Of a DNA stretch of 64,000 bases, positions 1 through 13,158 are shown in pieces. The notes beneath the pieces were generated by a model that was given only the letters and a program-made list of their open reading frames with translations, was not told where the DNA came from and made no database searches. The translations under genes and the position numbers were made by a program. Source of the DNA: Octopus sinensis (taxonomy: Eukaryota); assembly GCF_006345805.1 (NCBI RefSeq), contig NC_043002.1, positions 44,950,001 through 45,014,000 on the forward strand, in the 5' to 3' direction. Numbering within the stretch: position 1 is the first letter of the stretch; every line of letters starts with the position of its first letter.

Positions 1-856
1 AGAAGCATACGCTCTGCCACTACATTTTAATGTAATTTAATAGTATAACGAGCGCGTTATACAATACATGTACATATACAAGGCGTTTTAAGAGACAACT
101 TTGATACGCTCAGCTAGTTATCAAACGTAACGAACGAAAATTCCCGTATTACTTCCGTTGACGCTGTAAATCTGTACTGACTATGGAATCGGAGCTATCA
201 AATACTGGCGTATAAACTACCAGACTGTAGTGAAGGAATCATTCTAGGACTTGTTTTGAAAATGACAATTTCATATTTAGGGTGACAGCAGTCAGGCACA
301 TCTAGGATAATCACAGTTGCACCCAATTTATGAAAACACTACATACTTAATCGCATCCCATGAGTGACATTACTACGTCACTTGAAATAATGCTATTGCA
401 TTTTTTTTTTCTTTCTCAAAAGAGCATCTGACTATGATGTGGTTTCTGTCATCTGGATAATATCTAGGAACGTACTGCAAGATAACTAAACATGGAACAT
501 TTTCCATATATCGAAATAAGTCATACTGAAATAGAAGCAACTGAACGAAACATATATTTAAATAACGGGAAAATCTTTAAGTCTCAATATTGAGTTCGAG
601 TCTTCCTCTACTTATAAAGATTAAAGAGTGATGGGCTTCTCTTAGATTGTTTTCCAGGTATGGCTATGTACTTAAGAAGTTTACTTTTCACTCAGCTGGT
701 TCAAGATCAGTCATACTGCACCAAACATGGGACAAGTATCTTCTATAATCAATTAAAAAAGAAAACAATCAATTCAAATAAACGAATAATAAAATTAACA
801 GAGAACAAGAGGACGTGCACATGGAATGTATAAGTTTGACGTTCAGTATAAAGAGA

Positions 857-890
857 GCTTGACGTTTCATGTATAGTCCTTCGTCGGAAA
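857..890 (-). ncRNA. Degenerate minimal hammerhead-like motif
   Basis: Minus strand CTTT-CCGACGA-AGGACTATACAT-GAAAC-GTC-AAGC; GAAACGTC and stem I present, U4 changed to C, stem II poorly paired. Confidence 0.35.
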
Positions 891-1389
891 GGAGAAACGG
901 AAGAGTCCAAAGAAGGAAAAGAAATCACCGACAGCATGTGTGCAGTTACGTTGCATCCTTTTGTTTAGCCAGATCTATGCACACGCGCGCGTATGTGTGC
1001 GCGTGTACGTAGGTGTGCGTAGGTGTGCGTATGAGTGTGTGTGTGCCTGAGTCTGTATGTCTCTGTGTATCTGTGTCTGTGTGTATGTATGTGAGTGTGA
1101 TAGTAAGCGTATGAGTTAACCTATTTGTGTCTATTTTGCACCGCTTGAAAGCCACTGTTGGCTTATGTCCCTATTATTAGCAGTTCGGCATAAAGGTTGG
1201 GAGAATAAGCAGTACACATTTTAAAAAATAAGTGTCAATGTCATCAATGAAAATGCATAGCATCTTAATATGGCTTCAGCCGAACAAACGAGATATCTCA
1301 ATATTCGTCGTCCGTCAGATGTGTGTATTTAATTTTCTCGTGGGCTATTGTATCTTTTGCTGATATATACATATATATATATATATAAG

Positions 1390-1512
1390 CATAAACAGCA
1401 GAGTTCCGTCAACTAAATTTCAATCACACGACACTTGACAACAAAAACGTATGGTAGAAATCACCTGCACAAGGTACTGCACAGTGCGATCGAACCCGGA
1501 ACCATGTGATGT
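1390..1512 (-). mobile_element. tRNA-derived SINE head fragment
   Basis: Reverse complement has B-box-like GGTTCGATCGC and resembles the SINE head at 3315-3480. Confidence 0.5.
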
Positions 1513-2301
1513 TTCTTAATTTCAGACATTTCTTAGCATACTTTTAGAAGAATGGTCGAAACAGTCGATATTATTAAATTTCAGGATTTCTATTTATTGC
1601 TTCTAAACTGTATTGCTACCAACATCATGCCAGGAAAAGCCATTAACGTATTATGCAATATAATAAACCGCTTGTGAGAAGTTTCTCATCTCACATTAAT
1701 GAAATTAAAAGATTTATTTGCAAAGAAGTAAATCTCATTAATTACCAATGACTTTCTTGATCTTAATGACATATATTACATTTTAAAATACACTGAAATG
1801 TGTGGAGCTAACTAAGAATTTTGATATGCTTTAGGTAAATTTCATTACTCGTGTTTAATGATTCAATACATATTCAATAAATATTTGGAACAACATATAA
1901 TTTTAGACATGAAACTGTATATATGTCAATCTCATAAATAAATTGTTCCAATATCGATTTAATAAATACGTTTGAACTCTAAGAAGATAATTAGATTGAT
2001 CTAAAAGGTGTCAGCTACATCTTAATATGAAAAGAAAAATTGTGAACTTCATAGTAAGACAATAAATCCTTGTGTCATTTGGGCCAATATTATTAAGGTA
2101 AAGAAATACTGAATTATTACCACCATACTCCATGTTCAAATTTCATAACTTCTTAAACAAACAATCAAAGAAACACATTTCATACGACTGTACTTTTTTT
2201 GTTCATGTACTTTCTTTGTTCACTTAACAGATTAGTGCATGCAGATAGCTAACTGATATAAATGCATGTAGGTGGTATGAACAAATTACATAATAATAAT
2301 A

Positions 2302-2334
<33 letters not shown>

Positions 2335-2689
2335 GCTAAACGATAATGAACAAATTATTATATAATTACTCACACTCTAAGGCTATGTATCATTCATAAA
2401 GTGGATGATGTTCTTGTCCATTTAGACCCGTTTCTTTACGTGGTAGCTACCCAAAGAAAATATATGAAATAATTTTTGGAAAGATCATAAACTGGAGTCT
2501 TTATTTAGTGAACATATTTATTATAATTTTTAGTTTCATTATATTGAACACACCGCCTAGTTTAATACTAGCTCCAGACTCTTAGGTGTCATTAGCATAG
2601 ATCGCATTTACTAGAACTTGTAAAGATCCACTGTTGGAGAATAACACCTCTCTGCTCATATTTTCACTGAATTTTCCTTTATAAGGAGC

Positions 2690-3110
2690 CATTCTTTGTC
2701 ACCAGTTACAGATAGAAAAGATTTCTCAATGGAGAAATGTGGATCTGCAGCAAATGTCTCGAGTGGATACTCTTTCAGGAGGCATATAATGTTTCTTCAG
2801 TTAGATACCTGTACCCCTTCTTTTCTGGAACACTACAGAAAATCAAATACAACAGAACATTTCACTCGACGATTTAAATGTATCGCATGGAATATACTAG
2901 TTGCAAAAAATAACTCTATAATAGTCTAAGCACACAAAATACATAGTAAAGAAAAAAGATATCCAGATTCGAGTGGCTAGCATATTTGAACTCAAAAAGA
3001 AAATAATTGTAACCTTCGAGAAATACTCCAGATTCGTCATGGTCTATACTTCTAACAGAGACTTGAATTTCTTTAAAACAAACTACAATAAATACAAGAT
3101 CACACCTCGG
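2690..3110 (+). mobile_element. Highly decayed CR1/L2-like LINE RT C-terminal fragment
   Basis: Broken frames such as PSFLEHYRKSNTTEHFTRRF loosely resemble RPxLEY...LEKVQRxFTRR. Confidence 0.3.
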
Positions 3111-3128
3111 TGTACTTTGCATTATAAT

Positions 3129-3480
3129 GGACCATGCTGGAGCATCGCCTTTAGTCGAGCAAATCGATCCCAGGACTTATTCTTTTGTAAGCCCAGTACT
3201 TATTCTATCGGTCTCTTTTGCTGAACCGTTAAGTTACGGGGACGTAAACACGCCCAGCATCTATTGTCAAGCGATGTTGTGGGGACAAACACACACACAC
3301 ATATATACATATATACGACGGGCTTCTTTCAGTTTCCGTCTACCAAATCCACTCACAAGGCTTTGGTCGGCCCGAGGCAATAGTAGAAGACACTTGCCCA
3401 AGGTGCGATGTAGTGGGACTGAACCTAGAACCATGTGATTGGTAAATAAGCTACTTACCACACAGCCACTCCTGCGCCTA
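3129..3480 (-). mobile_element. Full-length tRNA-derived CORE-type SINE (octopus OR-like), family A
   Basis: Minus: head TAGGCGCAGGAGTGGCTGTGTGGTAAG, B-box-like GGTTCAGTCCC, CORE-like ACCTTGGGCAAGTGTCTT, internal (TG)n; homologous copy at 37990-38438. Confidence 0.85.
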
Positions 3481-3872
3481 TTTCTGGCACTACTATGACA
3501 GTTTCTAGTCTTTGGAAGTAGCCAGTTGTATTAAAACCCCACCGAGGTTCACTCGGCACACTCATCTCTTTTCTCATCACCCATAATATTTCCACCTACC
3601 TCGAAATCTTTCAAGAATGTTAGGGATACTTAAATTGAATATTAAACAGATCGTCTCCGAATCCATCTGAATTGGGGGATGGGACGAATCTTCTTTTTCA
3701 TGATTAAACTATTTTAAAGATGCCCCAATATAACAAGTAATCTTACCAAAATTGTGGAAGTCTTATTATCTGAAACCATTTTCCTTAACAATATAAGATA
3801 AGTGAAGTTTATATTTCTGAGATTTATTTAATGTTGGTCACTGCAACAGTTAGGTAGAACAGAAGTACACGT

Positions 3873-4103
3873 TCTATATTTAAAAGATGAGGAGGGAATT
3901 ATGTACATTATTTACATTATTTACATTTGACAGATATTTGTTATTTACATTTGACAGATATTTTTGTTAACACACGTTTCGGCTGATATACCCTCCAGCC
4001 TTCATCAAGACACCTGATGAAGGCTGGAGGGTATATCAGCCGAAACGTTATGTTAACAACAAACAATATGAGGACAAATATCTGTCAAATGTAAATAATG
4101 TAA
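3873..4103. mobile_element. Non-coding palindromic PLE-terminus insertion with 12-bp TSD
   Basis: AGAAGTACACGT at 3861-3872 and 4104-4115; 34-bp perfect inverted repeat 3974-4007/4015-4048; same terminus sequence at 60985-61140. Confidence 0.8.
4010..4058 (+). ncRNA. Minimal type I hammerhead ribozyme motif in a PLE terminus
   Basis: CTGATGA-A-GGCTG(GAGGGTATAT)CAGCC-GAAAC-GTTATGTT. Confidence 0.65.
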
Positions 4104-4115
4104 AGAAGTACACGT

Positions 4116-4605
4116 GTTCAAGGCTGAAAAATACGTCAGTCTAGCCGACAGCCTTCTTCTCGCCGAAGTAATCTCCTGAATCAAAGTTTTCGCCATACAG
4201 GTTGGAGCCAGAGGAAGAACAGGGCCAAAAGCCGTAAAGGCAATATCAGAGACAGAGGAGAAATGTTCCAGCTGGACCTGGTCGAAGAGGAACAAAAACT
4301 ACCTTCTTACCTTTTGAAGGCAATGTACTTGTTTTTAATGCCAAGGGAAGTAACTCTGAGTGAGTCATTGTAATAGCGTTGACGTTTTCCCCGCTACAAT
4401 GACAACCAACGTTGTTTCTTCTTTATATATAAGGATGAAAGCTGAGTCAACTGAGAGGAGTAACAACTATATGAAATCTCCAGGCGGTTTAAATGCACAA
4501 ATTTCCGATATCCAAGTGGCTAAAATGTCTCAGCAGAAAGGCACCCAAGAGCCATGACCTGGATGCGTCCCGGTCCTCTTTGAGTGTAAGAAGTTAAGGG
4601 ATGAA
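4116..4605 (+). mobile_element. HERO-like RLE non-LTR retrotransposon 3-prime fragment
   Basis: Translation KAEKYVSLAD...QVGARG...KAISETEEKCSSWTWSKR matches the RLE C-terminal pattern (KxxKY, EVGxRG, AEKxSxWxWxKR); in-frame stop; probable 3-prime UTR follows. Confidence 0.7.
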
Positions 4606-5707
4606 ACACTTGCTTGAGAGGAGTTTCTTCAATGAAGACCTTCTGTTGTTCAGCTCTCTAGAGAGTTTCCTGCCCCTATTGTTTTTAGTTCTCAAAGAAC
4701 TTTTTCCAATAAATTCTGGTTAAGACAAATTGATCAAAAGTAGCCCTTTTCTGTAAATTTAAGTCGACCCTTATTGAAAAGACTCTTTTCTAGCAATGAC
4801 TAAACTGGTTTTTATCAGGAACGGTTTATTCTAAATTGTGCTATCGAATGTGTCATTTTTGTAGACAGCATAGTGTAGTTAGAATAACATCTAGTTGTTA
4901 TTTGTAGAAAGTTGACAATCTATAGCTCCCTGATTGACTGGTATACGTTTCAATAGTCGTACCGATGGATATTTACACAGCATCCACCAAAGATGATAAT
5001 TTTTAATATCTGAAATCACCTTATCTTGTAAGAAGAAAAAACAGAATTGCATCTGAATATGCTGTCATTCTTGTACGTATGTATTGAATTTGATTGTAAC
5101 TGCTGAGAAGAAATAAAGACAGCTTTAAAGAGTGTTTTCTCTTTTCGGAACCGTGACATGATGCAATAGAAATTTATATAAAAAAAAATAAATAAATAAC
5201 AATTCTCGACAATTCATTGAACAGCAAAAGAATATAAGCTACAAAATATGTAAAGCAGATGCATGAAGTAATTATTCTCTTTATTGATTTCCACCTCCGG
5301 CATATGTGATTAGTTAACTAAAATTGTTTTCGCTATGAAGGTAGTTGTGCGTTATATATTACTTAACTCATTCCATACTACGTAGATGTCAATCAAAAAG
5401 TTGTGCGTTCGATTGTAACTTAAAACTGCAGGATACTGTTTATTACTTTTAGCACAAAAGCGTAATTGCACATATCACCTTTAAAAAAATGTGTTCATAC
5501 AAATGCAAATTTCAAAGTCGCTTTGATGAAAAATGTATTGCCGAACACGCGCAGACATTCACACACCTCCATATTCCTATATGTATATATACGATATGTT
5601 CTAAGTATAGTTCAGAGATAAAATTGTTTAGATTGATAGCGAGTGATGCATAAATATGTGTGGGGCGGAGGCACACACAATGCCATGAGGAAGGTGTTAC
5701 TTATGAT

Positions 5708-5803
5708 TATAGCAGCTGACACCTCACATCTGGTTATTCTACATTTCTTATCCAGCCTGATAATCGGAAACGTGAAATTACACGTAAGGTGCCAGCTGTT
5801 ATA
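5708..5803. repeat. Short inverted repeat or tiny MITE
   Basis: TATAGCAGCTGACACCT vs reverse complement TATAACAGCTGGCACCT (15/17). Confidence 0.5.
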
Positions 5804-6403
5804 CTAATGCATACATACGTACACTCACTTATCCATCCATCCATTCATCCATACATACATACGATTGTATGAATGTATGTATAGTTTGATGATAGTGGTG
5901 TACAGATCCTATATATTAATAAAAAAAGGTAGTCAAAATTCGGATACAATCTATTTATCGAGCGTTTTAATCCATTACAAAGATACAAAGGAACTTTTGA
6001 ATTAATCGCTGATTAAAAGATGTTTTAATGACTTCAGTGTCTGAATAAAATATAACCTTATTTATCTTTTTATCATAGTATATAGAAATTTTAAATAAAA
6101 TATATTTCCTACCCCACCATAAATTCTTAACATATTATTTAGATATTTTTATATAATAAAAATGGGTAGTGATGATTTTCGATTCCTATTATTAAAGATG
6201 GATAAGAAAATTTTATAACCGTTGTAATTGTTTCGTTTGTTTATTTAAGTTATTCTATCTATTTGAATTTTGTTTTTGTTTTTATTCTATTTATTATGTT
6301 TTTAAATTATTAATGCTTATGCTTGTAAGCGTACGTATATTTTAAATCAGTTTATTTTCTGATTTATCAGTCCTTGCATGAAAATTTCGTCTATTTTTTA
6401 GAC

Positions 6404-6496
6404 AAATATTACCCTGACGAGACTCATATGCATAAATGTGAATTTTTATAAATTCACTAGTGGATATGAGTCGAAACAAATTGTAGGATATATATT
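6404..6496 (+). ncRNA. Hammerhead ribozyme motif with extended stem II
   Basis: CTGACGA 6414-6420; stem II GACTCATAT/ATATGAGTC (9 bp) with inner hairpin GTGAATTT/AAATTCAC; GAAAC 6473-6477; stem III ACA/TGT; GUA site. Confidence 0.75.
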
Positions 6497-6843
6497 TGTT
6501 TAAATTATTTGATATATAATATTATATTATATTGTATATTATCTCTTTTTACAGTATATTATATTATAATGTTGGTAAATTTTTAATTTGCGAATTGTAT
6601 TTATCTGTTTTTTAACATTTATATATTGAAATTATACCATTTTAAATTCGGATGTTTTCTCTACTATATCGTGGTATTTAACTCAAGTACCAGTGTAAAT
6701 TAGAAGTTTTCCATCCCTTTAAAGAAAATTGTTTATTCCTTGGATTTATATATATATATATATATATAAAGTATGGGGGGTTTAGTTCACAGGCGATATA
6801 AACGATTAGGTACGCTAGGTCCTCTGGTGTCCTCTTTAACAGT

Positions 6844-6886
<43 letters not shown>

Positions 6887-7865
6887 GTGTGTGTGCGTGT
6901 GTGTGTGAGTTTCGAGAGATATATTATTAGGGCAGATACCGTGGTAGCTCTCAGTTATATTCCAGTTTATAGCAAACCGCATCGATTAGTATGTATTTAA
7001 TGTCTATAACTGCTAGGTGTTGCCACTCGATATGTATATATATATGCGAGTGAATGTACAAACAAAAGACTCAACAGGTATGCATCAAAACAGTTTGTAT
7101 TTTGGAGACAAGAAAGTGATTTGATCTGAATTTCAGCTCCAACCTTCTAGAAAAGACACTGTAGACATTTGATAACACACAAAGCTGATGAATTTTCTTT
7201 TAATTAACATTTAGCTCATGAAATATCACAAACGTTTTTTTCACATGCGCGACCTGATTACAAACAAAGCCACTCGGCAACTGCTTGAAAGTATGTTAAT
7301 ACCCAGTTCTTGTAGGCTTAAGGTTCCCTTCGTTTTGTTTTATTTATAAATATCGGTACATCTATATATTTAATCCTTCTCATGTTTAAACAAATATTTC
7401 CGTCGTATTCATGAAAATGAAATTTGACCTCATGACATCAGTCACCAATCTATCATCCTTAAATATTTTCTATTCACAAATTAAGGTCATTAAATTTGAG
7501 CCAACGTCATTTTCTCATTCCTTTCCTCATAGTTATTTACGCGTTCAATCTTAATTTTATAACTAGCGTGATTCTGCTTGATTTGTCGAAAAAGTAACAT
7601 ATATTACAACAATTCCCCCTGTTGGTTTAAATCTTAGAAATTAAGTTTCTATGTTAATGCTTAAGATCGGGAAATATAAAAAAGCTGAGTTATGATGATG
7701 GTGATGGCCGAAATAATCAATGCAAAGTAAGTCTACATTAATTCATATACTTGTTTTCTTGGGATTTGCCTTGCATTTACTTCGCATTTTTCTGTCCTCA
7801 CCCACGATCCTTATACAATATATTCTACGCAATGCTTCATATTAATTATTCCATTATACATCTAA

Positions 7866-7915
<50 letters not shown>

Positions 7916-7969
7916 ATATATATATATATTTACATATATGCATATATATATATATATGTGTGTTTATAT

Positions 7970-8000
<31 letters not shown>

Positions 8001-8237
8001 GTATGTATGAAAATATAATACATGTATACATAAATAATTGAAAAACACGCTAAAATCTTTATGAGAATTTATCAAGTAGTTAGCGGGAAAATACCTCATA
8101 AGGGAAAAATCCATCAATTATCTCTCTTAAATATATTTTATATTAATGGCATTACTATACATAAATGTCTCACGCTAGGAGAGACTCTTACAGTCAAAAC
8201 TACCATAATAAATAAATATATATATATATATATATAA

Positions 8238-9238
8238 AGTGTAATAAATAAAATATATGCATACATACAAACATACATGTACGTACCTACATCTACATGT
8301 ATATATACATGCATATATAAATATATATACGTGAGTACAGGACACCACAACTAGACGTAGAACTCAACGAGAAACGAAAACGGAAAAAACAAACGTGGAA
8401 CAAACCAATTTTTTTACAACAGAAAAACAGTGTACAAGACAAACTACACAAGGAAAAATCCCCTTCATCGGCTGTCTCTAGTTCAACTCTAGCGTGTTTC
8501 GAAGGTAAGACAGAACACGACTCGTAAAACTAGCACTTCCTGCGAGAGAATTAAAATAAAATGACTTCGCAGAGGGGTAAAAACAAGAAAGAAAAAAAGT
8601 GTGACACAAACAGGAGTTAAAGACGATACAAATAAAAATACAAAATAAAATACAAGATAAAAATACATGTACAAGAAAATACAATACGAGAAATAAAAAT
8701 AAACAAGAAAACAAACGAAAAGGCCTTTTTCTGGCTTAGACGGAGGAGATTCTGGCAGCGCAAGGGGAAAACAAATGTGTGTTCACAGTTTGAAGGCCGC
8801 ATGTAAAAGGAAGTAGTTTTGGCTAGCAGTGACAAAGATGAGGAGGAGTGAGAGTGAGAGAGAGAGATAGAGGAAGACAAGCGGCTGAGAGAGAGATGAG
8901 GAAGAGTGAGAGAGAGAGAGAGAAGGGAAGGTAAAGCAAAGGGATAAGGAATTTCGTGTCATAATTATATATAAAACAGTACTTGGAGAATGAGAACGGA
9001 ACGAAACGAACGAATCGAATCGAATCGACGCGAGGGCGCTGTCAAACAATAGTGTAATAAATAAAATATATGCATACATACAAACATATATGTACGTACC
9101 TACATCTACATGTATATATACATGCATATATAAATATATATACGTGAGTACAGGACACCACAACTAGACGTAGAACTCAACGAGAAACGAAAACGGAAAA
9201 AACAAGCGTGGAACAAACCAATTTTTTTACAACAGAAA
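8238..9238. repeat. 188-bp direct repeats flanking a 625-bp non-coding spacer
   Basis: 8238-8425 and 9051-9238, offset 813 bp, about 2 substitutions. Confidence 0.85.
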
Positions 9239-9956
9239 TATATATATATATATATATGCGAGTGTGTCTGTGTGTGTGTTTAAATACTGATTAAGCGATT
9301 GTCATGGGAACCAAGGGCAGCTAAAATTAAGTTTACGAGAAGACAAGACGACTAGTTTGAATCCCACTACGGTTAATATGCTGACCACGTGTATTTTGAA
9401 GAAAACTTCTTAGAAAGAAAGAAAATAATGAATTCATTCAGTTTATATTTTTGCAAAATTATTATCTAAGGGTGTTCATCTATCTTCTTAAAAGGTGGGA
9501 TATGTCTATGCTAAAGAACGGACTGGATGAGTGGTTTTGTTAAAATATATTTCATGCTTTTGATTTTTATTTCCATTGTTTGATTTTAGTATATAATTTA
9601 TATTTTAGGTTTTTTACTTCCATTAATTTACTTTGTTAGCATTTTATAGTGTGTGTCTCTTTGAATCTACTTATTGCTCTTTGTCAAGGAAATTTTAAAA
9701 ATAGGATATGAGCATTAAAACAACTGGAGACTATAGGTGATGCAGCAGCACTCCCAAAGCCAACCACCTGATGAAGTGCAACTACTCAACTAAAGGTGGA
9801 TCATATTTATGGATAAGATATGGATAAGATGTGAAACAGCAACTAACAGCAGATACTAATGCACAGAAAATTTTGTAATTTGGATTAAAAGCTGTTCATT
9901 TCAACTTATGCTTACATATGTACGTGAATATTTATGTACACCAATCCGTATATCAG

Positions 9957-9989
<33 letters not shown>

Positions 9990-9992
<3 letters not shown>

Positions 9993-10165
9993 ATTTTGAT
10001 TTTACAGTTTCAGCTCATGAGCTGTGGCCATGCTGGGGCACCGCCATTAAAAGATTGGCACTCTCCTTTTTTGGCTATTATTATTATTCAGGTCACTGCG
10101 CGGAATGGAAATCGGAATCTTGGGGTTAGTAGCCTGCGCTCCTAACCACTACGCCATATGTCCTG
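9990..10165 (-). mobile_element. Short tRNA-derived SINE
   Basis: Minus head GGACATATGGCGTAGTGGTTAGGAGCGCAGGCTACTAACC (A box), tail GGCGGTGCCCCAGCATGGCC similar to family A tail. Confidence 0.7.
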
Positions 10166-10189
10166 GCGTATAATATATATATATATTTC

Positions 10190-11245
10190 AGGTGTTGACA
10201 GAATAGAGATTAAAGATGGAATGATTTTGAAGGGAATTAAGTGTATTAGAAAGAGGTTTTGGGGTGTTTAGACAGAGAGTAGTGGGAGGAGAAAATAGAT
10301 TTTGGGGTTAGGGTTGATAATGAGGCTAGTGATAGTAGTATAGGTGGGAGGTGGGAGGAAGGGGAAAAGGTGGTTTAGGTAGTACGTGAAAGATGATCTT
10401 TGTGTTAGTTTATACGAAGGCTATAAAATTAATGGTTGAGATAAATAAAGGGGAATAAGTTGACTGGTTCACTAGCTGGAAGGTGATGTTGTCAAAATTA
10501 GTTGTTTGTGGGAGGAAGGAATTGGGTGGGTATCGGAGAGCGTAGGGTGGGGTGTTGTAGTCAATGGAGGAGCATGCAATTGAATAGAGGGGTGTGAGTA
10601 GGGAGGGGGTAGAGGTAGATTGGTTAGTTTTCAAAGTTGTTTGGTATTGTTAAGTACTTTTGCGACTGGAGAGGATGGAGAGGCTAAGAGGGAGGTGTGA
10701 AATAGTTGATTTGAAAAATTTGGAAGAAATTGAAGATGTATGAATGAAAGAGACTAGGCGGTGAGGTTGATATTTTGTAAGCAGTAGGTTTCAAAGCTGA
10801 CTTTGTCTTGGTCTAAGGGTTTTTTGGGGGTATGGAAACCTATAGGATTATATAGATTTGGCGAAGAGTGTAAATAATGAGTAGTACCCGTGTTTACAAG
10901 AATAAATAATATCAGAGAATCTATTAAGTAATGAGGAGTTATGAAGGCGAAAAGTGATTAATGATTCTTTTAGGCAGAACTTACACTTTCCGGTGTTTGC
11001 ATTGCATTGGAGAGCTTCGTTAATATGCACCAGGATAGGGTGTATAGAATATTTGGGATTTGAGGTTGTGTGTATACGTTACTAAGCAGGTTGACAGTTT
11101 AGTATTTGGATTGCTGAAAGAGTTCATGTGTGCACGGTAGCAGCGCTTGAAATCTACAGTACCGCCTATATAAATCTCTGCTTGGTGGGAGCATGGTGCT
11201 ATAACACGGTACTTGTATATTACAGTTTTGCATAGACGGGAGTCT
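10190..11245 (-). mobile_element. PLE 3-prime fragment with GIY-YIG endonuclease (Naiad-like pattern)
   Basis: VIYK..YIGGTVDFKRCYRAHMNSF and CKFCLKESLI...LLNRFSDIIYSCKH; frameshifted. Confidence 0.75.
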
Positions 11246-11253
11246 GCAAGAAG

Positions 11254-11390
11254 TATGTATGTATGTATGTATTTATGTATGTATGTATTTATGTATGTAT
11301 GTATGTATGTATCTATGTATGTATGTATGTATGTATGTATGTATTTATGTATGTATGTATGTATGTATGTATGCATGCATGTATGTATAT
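11254..11390. repeat. (TATG)n microsatellite
   Basis: Direct reading. Confidence 0.95.
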
Positions 11391-12318
11391 ACAAGGAAAA
11401 CTGGACTTGTATAAACATATTATATATGTATATTATATTCATTTATTTATTAGTAACTTAACTTATGTAGCTTCATATCTAATATAAGAAATATACAGAC
11501 AAATACGTGTGCATATGTGCGTGTGCGTATGTATATATGTATGTTTATGAATGTATGCATGTATGTGTGTATGTATGCATGTATGTATCGATATATGTAT
11601 CTATATGTATATGTTTGCTTGTGTACGTGTGCTTATGTACATGAATGACACTTGTATTTTATTCTAATAGTTTCTTTTCAATTTAACGAGGTTATTTTCA
11701 TTCTGTGTTTAATATTCATTCTTCCAGAAACCATCATTAACACCAAAACAATTTTTTTTTGTTTTTTTTGGGTATATTCCCCAATTCTCAATGCTACGCT
11801 TTATAGCAGAAACCTAATTTCTAAGAATTACACCCCCAGAGAGAAGTATTCTATTATAATCTTACTTCTTCGACGCATGAAATAGAATCATGGGGGTTAT
11901 AAAACTAAAACAGACTATATAAATAAACGTGAAGAGAGGAATAAGAAAATTATGCTGGCCTAAAACTGATAACCTTAATCTGTAAATAGAAAATGATGAA
12001 GGATAACAGATTGATGACTGATGTGTATGGGGTCAAAAATCATCTTCATGAATAAAACAAAATCATTTGTCTAAATTATATAATTTATAAAGAAAAGAAG
12101 AGTCGGAGAACTCAAGTCCTCTAAGAACTGGTTATTAACATATCTTCCAGAAGTTGCTGCAAAACAGTCAGCGACCAATCGCAGTTGTGCAAAAAAAGAA
12201 ATTGTGACATTTTATGGACTAAATGTTAATTCAAAGTGAATTTAACATTAAATATCTCTTCCATGATGTTTGTGCTTAAGTTCAGATCACGTCACTTGCC
12301 TCAACCCCGTATTACATG

Positions 12319-12398
<80 letters not shown>

Positions 12399-12779
12399 GG
12401 GAGAATTCACAAAAAACAAAAGACGAAACAGGTGGTGAAGACGAAAGCGCATAAATAGAGTCTGAAAGATTGCTTTAAGATACATGGCGTATTTTATAGA
12501 TATGCCTGTTCATGTAATAGCATGAAACTATTAGTAGCTCTTTTGGTTGTGTATTTAACTTGATGTGTGTGTGTGTGTGTGTGTGTATGTGTGTGTGTGT
12601 GTGTGTGGTGTGTGTGTGTGTGTGTGCACGTACACGTTCGCATAGATAACTATTTATTCTTCCAGAAAATGAATATTATGCCCGGTAATTTTTGCCATTA
12701 CTACAATCTTGGTAAAAGAAAGGGCCATCTTGTTCAAATAAAGGCAATGAAAAAGCCTTTTTTTAGAAGATTGTTGTAG

Positions 12780-12990
12780 TAATCAGACAGTGAAAAGCAT
12801 ACCAGACAGAAAATTACTAAACATTCACCATTACGCAAGAATTACACAAGATTCCACTTCTGCAAATATGCGGCGACGGAAAATTCAAAATTTTTCCCTT
12901 TTACAAATGTACACAGGACGATCCGCAATACCGAAAAGCAATGGAACTATATTTCATCAAAAATTCTCTCCAAAGTTGAATGTTTGAAAG
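12780..12990 (+). mobile_element. PLE endonuclease C-terminal fragment
   Basis: ICGDGKFKIFPFYK...RKAMELYFI..KFSPKLNV, paralogous to TCGQKMFLIFPFHKL...KQFIKMFKSVLN at 59914-60354. Confidence 0.7.
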
Positions 12991-13158
12991 AAAAGCGGAT
13001 ACAAATATTCTCTAACGCACAATCATGGAACACACACGTACAAATTAGAAAGTGTATGAGTATTGAAGGGATAAGTTTGTTGATGTAAATGGATACGTGG
13101 TCAGGTAATAAAATATACGAAATAGAAGACATATACTAATATACTTTATAATTGATTA

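Noticed and set aside
145-165. ACTTCCGTTGACG ETS/CRE-like promoter words
   Set aside because: Short motifs are expected by chance, with no linked gene.
4575-4615. GTGT...GAAACAC in the HERO-like 3-prime UTR
   Set aside because: No CUGANGA core and no stem I.
8440-8510. HHR-like words on minus (GAAACACG; CCGATGA-AGGGGA...TCCTT)
   Set aside because: U4 is mutated and no GAAA follows stem II; the order does not give a consistent topology.
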